From a virus, in the IMG/VR virus record IMGVR_UViG_3300043427_003501, positions 8,548 through 72,547 of that record: a stretch of 64,000 nt of DNA; one strand, given 5' to 3'. Shown here piece by piece: positions 58,565 to 64,000 of the stretch; the first letter of the stretch is position 1; every line of letters begins with the position of its first letter. Below the pieces are notes generated by a model. That model had not been told where the DNA came from, ran no database searches, and saw only the letters and a program-made list of their open reading frames with translations. A program made the position numbers and the translations under genes.

Positions 58565-58947
58565 AGCACTTTGTTGTTCATAATTCGGCCGGAGAGATCA
58601 TCCGAGCCGGCATCTGCCAAGATGAAGCTCTTAATCTCCAAGCTATCGAGCCTGGAGAGTTTGTAGTTGAGGGCGAAGCTAACCCCGAAACCGACGCGAT
58701 TGATCCGCAGACGGGTCAGATTCTTGCTGGCGGGCGCGTTCAGGTAATTGATATGGATTACCGCAAAGCTCGTCTGGACGCATATCCGTCAGTACGAGAG
58801 CAGATGGACATGCTTTGGCACGCAATGGATGACAACGCGCTGCCTCGTGTTGAGCCGTTTTACACGCGACTGAAGGTCGTTAAAGATGCCTACCCAAAGG
58901 ACAATTCAGTTGTGCCTGGCTCTGTAATCATCTACACGACGGAGTAA
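58561..58947 (+). CDS. tail fibre assembly/chaperone-like protein
   Basis: YRKARLDAYPSV.EQMDMLW...VK..YPK motif. Confidence 0.7.
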   Translation: MKHFVVHNSAGEIIRAGICQDEALNLQAIEPGEFVVEGEANPETDAIDPQTGQILAGGRVQVIDMDYRKARLDAYPSVREQMDMLWHAMDDNALPRVEPFYTRLKVVKDAYPKDNSVVPGSVIIYTTE

Positions 58948-58950
58948 AGC

Positions 58951-59490
58951 ATGACGGTCTCAAGGCGCGAATGGAGTGGTTCATACCCAGCGGGGCAGGG
59001 GACAATTCAAATATTTCCAATCTATGCGTTCAACTGGCTCGTCTATCGGCATGTTATGCCTTCTGGAACGAAGTTAATTACCACTTCCTCTAAGGTCATA
59101 GAGCGCGCAAAGGCGCCCAATATCACACTTACGGTTCGTGGTAGAGGTACTGTTAGAGGTGAAGATGGAACCGTTTATCCAGACAGAGTTCCTGGGCTTT
59201 TTTCACCAGAGCGAACAGATGTACCTAAGGGTGCCGTTACTACTTTGGCAGATAGTGAATTAGAGTTTTGGTGCTTCAACTGGACAGCAAATCGAGGAGC
59301 GCTTCCCCAAGTGGAAGCCCTTAGAATTACCGAAGATGAGAACGTCATCTTTCCAAGCGGCCAGCGAGTTCTTGTTTGTCTTGGGAAAGTTGGAAACTTT
59401 TCTGCGGGTGAATCATTCACCGCCGACGGAACGTCTATGAGCGTCACCGCTCCGACCTACGGGTTCTTGATTGGAGACTCTCGTGCTTAA
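58951..59490 (+). CDS. hypothetical beta-rich protein
   Basis: GGAG RBS; co-oriented. Confidence 0.6.
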   Translation: MTVSRREWSGSYPAGQGTIQIFPIYAFNWLVYRHVMPSGTKLITTSSKVIERAKAPNITLTVRGRGTVRGEDGTVYPDRVPGLFSPERTDVPKGAVTTLADSELEFWCFNWTANRGALPQVEALRITEDENVIFPSGQRVLVCLGKVGNFSAGESFTADGTSMSVTAPTYGFLIGDSRA

Positions 59491-60211
59491 GTTTCCATCT
59501 TGGACTATCTCAGTCGCACACATTGTTGGCTGTGTAAGCGTGGCGTGTGGCGTCTGGCTGCTGACTACCGGACAAGCAAGCGCTTGGTGGCTGCTTGGTT
59601 GGTTTCTCATGCACCTCTGGCATACCCTGATGGTGTCGGTCGGCCTGCATCGCTACTTCTCTCACGGTGCGTTCAAGACCACCCCGCTCTGGCACCGAGT
59701 CATGGCTTTCTATAGTGTGCCACTGCTGTACGGATCGCCCTACGCATGGGCAACGATGCACACCACCCATCATGCCCGCTCCGATACTGACCGCGACCCT
59801 CACTACACCAACTGGACTTACCTGTTCTACAAGGGGTTTCGCAATGTGCCAATGGTTAAAGAGCGTCTGCGCTGCATGGTTGGCGATCCTGTGACGGACT
59901 TTGTTCATCGCAATGGTGCTGGGCTTTGGATTGGCTTCGCAATAGTCGGCTTGCTTATTTCGCCGGTAGCCTTCTTGTTTCTCTATCTGATGCCTATGGG
60001 AAGTTCGCACATTGCTGGCGCTATTCACCAGGTCATCGGCCACTGGGGCGGCAGACCGCGCGACCTTCCGGCGCTTGAGTTCGTTCTACCTGCAGCTGGT
60101 GAATGGCATCACGGAACTCACCACGACCACCCTGGGCGCAGCAAGTTCAAAACCCGCTGGTGGCACCTAGACCTAGGCGCTGCTTTTATTAAACTGATCC
60201 GTACCAACTGA
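59483..60211 (+). CDS. membrane fatty-acid desaturase (delta-9-like)
   Basis: Three His boxes HRYFSH, HTTHH, HHGTHH; SDT..DPH; TM segments; GGAG before GTG 59483. Confidence 0.88.
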   Translation: MLKFPSWTISVAHIVGCVSVACGVWLLTTGQASAWWLLGWFLMHLWHTLMVSVGLHRYFSHGAFKTTPLWHRVMAFYSVPLLYGSPYAWATMHTTHHARSDTDRDPHYTNWTYLFYKGFRNVPMVKERLRCMVGDPVTDFVHRNGAGLWIGFAIVGLLISPVAFLFLYLMPMGSSHIAGAIHQVIGHWGGRPRDLPALEFVLPAAGEWHHGTHHDHPGRSKFKTRWWHLDLGAAFIKLIRTN

Positions 60212-60221
60212 AAGGACCGTC

Positions 60222-60587
60222 ATGGCCATCATTAAGGACCGCCCGACCCAGTTCGGCATCAACGCTCAGTACCATCGGCTTCGGCGAGTTGAGGTAGATG
60301 CCAATATGAGTGAGATTTATCTCCACGTAGAGGTATACCCAAGCGCCGAAGCGCGTGAGACGGCAAGCAATCCACTGTACGTTGAGCGAATGATTGTTCC
60401 GTTTTGGCGAATGGGTGAAGACCCCAGAGCAACCTTCTACAAGCTGCTGACGGACTACGATGACAGTCCGTTGTTCGAGGGTGATGCAGATGATGACCCC
60501 GGCGCAGTGCCTCAATTCACCTTCAAGCCGCCCCAGATGCCGCCGATGCCTGAACAACCGACAGAGCCGCCAGCTGAAACTCCGTAA
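60222..60587 (+). CDS. hypothetical tail-associated protein
   Basis: AAAGGA RBS; MAIIK...T.FGI.A.YHR pattern. Confidence 0.6.
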   Translation: MAIIKDRPTQFGINAQYHRLRRVEVDANMSEIYLHVEVYPSAEARETASNPLYVERMIVPFWRMGEDPRATFYKLLTDYDDSPLFEGDADDDPGAVPQFTFKPPQMPPMPEQPTEPPAETP

Positions 60588-60597
60588 GTTTCGATAC

Positions 60598-60625
60598 TTG
60601 CATATCAGTCACAACTGACTATAAT
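60598..60625 (+). promoter_or_regulatory. promoter with perfect operator in spacer
   Basis: TTGCAT-16-TATAAT containing AGTCACAACTGACT. Confidence 0.75.
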
Positions 60626-60654
60626 GGCGTCCAAACTGAACTTCCAACAGGAAT

Positions 60655-60816
60655 ATGGAAGACATTGTTGAATCGATTGCACACATCACTTGCCAGACTT
60701 GTGAAAGGTCTTGGCAAGTGGTGAGTGAAGAAGGTGGCGACTGGAACGAGCTCGCCACAGCCCAAGTTTTCGCAGATGGAAAAGCATCCTGCGAAACATG
60801 TTCCAGCGTTAACTGA
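60655..60816 (+). CDS. 53-aa zinc-ribbon protein (not in ORF track)
   Basis: CQTC...CETC; AGGA RBS. Confidence 0.55.
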   Translation: MEDIVESIAHITCQTCERSWQVVSEEGGDWNELATAQVFADGKASCETCSSVN

Positions 60817-60833
60817 ACCAAGGAGTTTGAGAA

Positions 60834-61667
60834 ATGCCTAAGAATACCCGTCGCGTGTCCGTAACTCGGACCGTCACCTTCACGACCTTCATCGATACGC
60901 CGGGGCGTCCTGAGGAGACTGATGCGAACATGCTGACTTTGCTGGGTGGTGCGGCAGGCACAACTGGCACTCTGGCCATTGGTGAGCTGCTTTCCGGTTC
61001 TACTCTAGCCAACAGCGGCACCATCACTCGTGGCAACTGGTCCGTTACTGGCACAAGTTCCAACATTGAGCCGTACATCACTCGCCCTCAGAACACGGCC
61101 CTGACGGTCGGTACTCGAGTGGCGTCGATCAAACCGCCCGCCACCTATGAAGCCGCTCTTGGTAAGTTGTACGTGGTCACCGTTGCTGGAACAACCCAGA
61201 ACGTCGCAACTGAGCCCAACTGGGGCACCACTGATGGCGGCACCACCTCGGACGGCACGGTTACCTTCCGCTGTATCCCGAAGTTTCCGACGCTGACGAA
61301 CTGGGCAGCTTCTACGGCCCGAGCAGTCGGAGTGATTACGCGACCTTCGGCTACCTCCATGCGAGAGTTTCTAGTGACAACGGCCGGCACAACAGCCGCC
61401 TCTGCTCCGACCTGGACTAACGCCGATACTGCTGGGGCAACTCTGGTAGATGGCACGGTGACCTACACCTCGTTGGTGAACTTCCTGACCTACGCCTTCT
61501 TGACTCAGTACGAGCTAGGCGCAACCGTCAAGCCCAGCGCTGCATCGACCGAGGAGTACCTCTGCACGACGGCAGGCGCCTCCGATACGACTGCTCTCAA
61601 TAGCGGCTCACCTGCTGTGAACGCTTCGGTGACTCGCGGAACGGCGACGTTCAAGCGGATCGTCTAA
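60834..61667 (+). CDS. Thr-rich virion decoration/fibre protein with three related beta repeats
   Basis: Y.VT.AGTT....P.W....G.T..DGTVT repeats; AAGGAG RBS. Confidence 0.65.
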   Translation: MPKNTRRVSVTRTVTFTTFIDTPGRPEETDANMLTLLGGAAGTTGTLAIGELLSGSTLANSGTITRGNWSVTGTSSNIEPYITRPQNTALTVGTRVASIKPPATYEAALGKLYVVTVAGTTQNVATEPNWGTTDGGTTSDGTVTFRCIPKFPTLTNWAASTARAVGVITRPSATSMREFLVTTAGTTAASAPTWTNADTAGATLVDGTVTYTSLVNFLTYAFLTQYELGATVKPSAASTEEYLCTTAGASDTTALNSGSPAVNASVTRGTATFKRIV

Positions 61668-61688
61668 TCTTAAATAGAGGATCACGCA

Positions 61689-62804
61689 ATGGCTCAAGTA
61701 ACCGTTGACAACACTACCGAGCTGGCGCGATACGAGTTCAATGGTTCCACTCTACCTACAGATTGGAACATTGTTCAACAAGGCTCAGGCCAAACCGTAT
61801 CTGTCGCCAGCTCCGTACTAACGATTGCCGCTGGCACCACTGCCAGTGCGGCAACAACCATTCGCTGTACTATTCCGTTCAGGATTAAGTCATACGCTCG
61901 CTTTGTTCTTCAACTCAGTCAGCGAATTGCCAACCAGAACGTCTATCTGGAAGTTACGAACAACGCTGGAACGACCTACGCTCGGTATGACTTCAACGGC
62001 ACAACTGCTACTAGCGTCCAGTGCGTAACGGTGAACAACAGCACGGCCAACACTGCCGTTACTGTTACTTGCCCTACAACCGCAACTTACGGCACTTTCG
62101 ACATCTACGCCGACACCTACGATGTAATCTTCTCGTCCGTTGCTTCTAACAGTAACGCCATAAAGTCTGGTGTTGCAGCATTTGATCGCTTGATTCTTGA
62201 CCCTGACGAAGATTACTTCATCCAGGTTAGGGTAGTGAATGGTGGTACGGCCCCTGCGTCCAACACCAACGTCCAAATTGACAGTGTCGCCCTTCAAGAC
62301 CTGACAGGGCTCAAGGTTGACATCATTCGTGGAGATGGTACGGCTTCTTTGGCTAGCGCCGCTCCGGTGCAGGTGATGTCCTCAGCGACGGTACCCGCGT
62401 CTCAGTCTGGCACCTGGACGGTGCAGCCGGGTAACACTGCGAACACTACGCCGTGGCTTGTGACGAGTCGAAGCAACATCTTCTATAACGAATCTACTAC
62501 GGCACTTGCGGCTAGTGCGACCTTTACTGGAACCTCCAGGGATGTCGGTCTTGCGGCGGCTACAGTTCAGCCCTATGCAGCTTTTAACGTCTCTGCATTC
62601 GCAGATCAAGCGGGCACGTTGCGTATCGAGATGTCAAACGACAATACAACATGGCGTCGAGCTACAGCTGACACTGCTGTGGCAGCAAACGCAGTTGGAA
62701 TTCTCTCTGTGCCGGTTGTGACCCGCTACTACCGTGCTGTATATGTTAACGGCGCTACGTTGCAAGGGGCTTTCATGATTAACTCCAGCTTTACTGCGGC
62801 TTGA
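61689..62804 (+). CDS. Thr/Ala-rich beta-sandwich virion protein
   Basis: Composition and position; GAGGA RBS. Confidence 0.6.
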   Translation: MAQVTVDNTTELARYEFNGSTLPTDWNIVQQGSGQTVSVASSVLTIAAGTTASAATTIRCTIPFRIKSYARFVLQLSQRIANQNVYLEVTNNAGTTYARYDFNGTTATSVQCVTVNNSTANTAVTVTCPTTATYGTFDIYADTYDVIFSSVASNSNAIKSGVAAFDRLILDPDEDYFIQVRVVNGGTAPASNTNVQIDSVALQDLTGLKVDIIRGDGTASLASAAPVQVMSSATVPASQSGTWTVQPGNTANTTPWLVTSRSNIFYNESTTALAASATFTGTSRDVGLAAATVQPYAAFNVSAFADQAGTLRIEMSNDNTTWRRATADTAVAANAVGILSVPVVTRYYRAVYVNGATLQGAFMINSSFTAA

Positions 62805-62887
62805 TCATGGTTAGAAGCCCTATTCGAAACCCTGTTCGCACCCCGGTCTTGAATCCAACTGTCTGGAAACGAGGCAAACGCTGAAGT

Positions 62888-62917
62888 AAAGGTGGCCCGA
62901 GCAATCGGCCACCTTTT
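62888..62917 (+). terminator. Rho-independent terminator
   Basis: AAAGGTGGCC-N9-GGCCACCTTTT. Confidence 0.8.
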
Positions 62918-62965
62918 GTTCATTTCGATCAGTCACGACTGATGAAGGTATCTTGCGGAGAAAAG

Positions 62966-63292
62966 ATGAGTAAGTTCGTTACATTTCTCAGCTCTCGGTG
63001 GCTTCAGTTCTTCCTGCTGCCGCTGGCAATTCTGGGCTGGTTCGTCTGGACCGACCCTTCGCAGGGCGCCGACACCATGCTGCGCGTGCAGCTCTGGGCT
63101 CAGGCACTGCTTGTGACGGGTATGTCCTATCTCATTGCAAAGGCAATGCTGGGTAGCGCCTCCAGTGAAGAACTCTACGACCAGGCTGTTATCGGCGTCA
63201 AAGCAGCAGGTGTTGCCTATCTTGGCGTGTGCTTGCTTCGAGGCATCGTGCTGATGTCTCTGCTCCTGTTTTTTGCCCTCGTACAACGGTGA
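62966..63292 (+). CDS. three-TM holin-like protein
   Basis: Hydrophobic helices, directly upstream of endolysin. Confidence 0.6.
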   Translation: MSKFVTFLSSRWLQFFLLPLAILGWFVWTDPSQGADTMLRVQLWAQALLVTGMSYLIAKAMLGSASSEELYDQAVIGVKAAGVAYLGVCLLRGIVLMSLLLFFALVQR

Positions 63293-63987
63293 AGGCCCTT
63301 CTCGTCGCACTGCTGGTCTTTGCGACGAGCGCCTTTGCGCAGGATCGCTCGACCTACATTCCCGCTCGAGCTCACGAACATCTGCCCGCCGTTCGAGCGC
63401 AGGTTCGGGAACTCTGGCCAGACTTCTTTGCGCCTAACTACATACCGGCGTTGATTGAGCATGAGTCCTGTATCAGTCTTACTCACTCGCGCTGCTGGTC
63501 GCCAACTTCACAACTGAAGACACACCGAGAAGAGGGCGCAGGATTGGGTCAACTGACTCGCGCATACCGACAAGACGGCAGCATTCGGTTCGACGCTCTT
63601 GCAGAAGCTCGCAGGCTCGATCCTCGAGGCTTAAACGAGCTGCGGTGGGAGACTGTATATCAGCGAGCCGATCTTCAGATTCGGGTGATTGTCCTGATGT
63701 CGCGTCACACCTGGAATCGTCTCAAGTCGCTTGTGCCGCAAGATGAACCTCGTCTGGCGATGGCTGACGCAGCCTACAACGGAGGGCTTGGAGGCTTGTT
63801 GGACGAACGGCGAGCCTGTGCATTAAAGGCGGGTTGCGATCCGAACCTTTGGTTTGGGCATGTTGAGCATACCTGCCAGAAGTCTCGCAAGCCTCTTTAC
63901 GGGACGCGAAGCGCTTGCGATATCAATCGGCACCATGTTCATGACGTCCTTAATGTCCGGATGTCAAAGTACAAAGGACTGGTATGA
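63289..63987 (+). CDS. lytic transglycosylase-type endolysin with signal peptide
   Basis: MKALLVALLVFATSAFA|Q; EHES, GLGQ, AAYNGG motifs; GTGA overlap. Confidence 0.85.
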   Translation: MKALLVALLVFATSAFAQDRSTYIPARAHEHLPAVRAQVRELWPDFFAPNYIPALIEHESCISLTHSRCWSPTSQLKTHREEGAGLGQLTRAYRQDGSIRFDALAEARRLDPRGLNELRWETVYQRADLQIRVIVLMSRHTWNRLKSLVPQDEPRLAMADAAYNGGLGGLLDERRACALKAGCDPNLWFGHVEHTCQKSRKPLYGTRSACDINRHHVHDVLNVRMSKYKGLV

Positions 63988-64000
63988 CTTGGATTGCTCT

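Larger units (their letters stand above)
1..64000. mobile_element. Tailed phage genome segment (siphovirus-type; possible phage-plasmid relative)
   Basis: Terminase, portal, scaffold, major capsid, tail tube, tape measure, lambda M/L/K/I/J-like genes and lysis genes in canonical order; no host housekeeping genes; no integrase or repA seen in window. Confidence 0.97.

Noticed and set aside
57000-60600. Diversity-generating retroelement or shufflon at the fibre tip
   Set aside because: No reverse transcriptase, invertase, template repeat or inverted cassettes seen
1-64000. tRNA, rRNA, integrase or att site
   Set aside because: None recognised by eye; a tRNAscan/Infernal run would be needed to exclude small RNAs

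Overview
The window is a contiguous 64 kb piece of a tailed dsDNA phage (siphovirus-type). Its gene order and capsid/ParB/ABC-ATPase content recall, from memory, the SSU5/pHCM2-type phage-plasmids; the host is probably a GC-rich proteobacterium (inference). Layout: (1) 1-13.5 kb, a + strand array of small early/accessory genes, including a DnaQ-like exonuclease and a pyrimidine-dimer glycosylase-like protein. (2) 13.5-17.95 kb, a patchwork of compositionally distinct zones: a T-depleted tract with IHF/DnaA-like boxes, spacers dense in oriented GTACGG, CCTAGG and TRTAAGG motifs, iteron-like repeats, and an AT-rich island where every + strand GG is followed by T. The island carries a recoded paralog of a nearby gene and ends at a 12-bp palindrome that is a candidate genome end. 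(3) 18-25 kb, an RHH regulator, an SF2 helicase and a ParB/ParB/ABC-ATPase/thioredoxin/GNAT/wHTH block next to terminase. (4) 25-43 kb, terminase, head and lambda-like tail genes with a -1 frameshift chaperone. (5) A 5211-aa J-like tail-tip protein with about 2900 residues of repeat coiled coil, then a fatty-acid desaturase, extra virion proteins and the lysis genes. A palindrome AGTCA-N4-TGACT (18 copies, 5 perfect) sits at or near many sigma70-type promoters. All family calls come from motif recognition by eye, not database searches, and all counts are hand counts.
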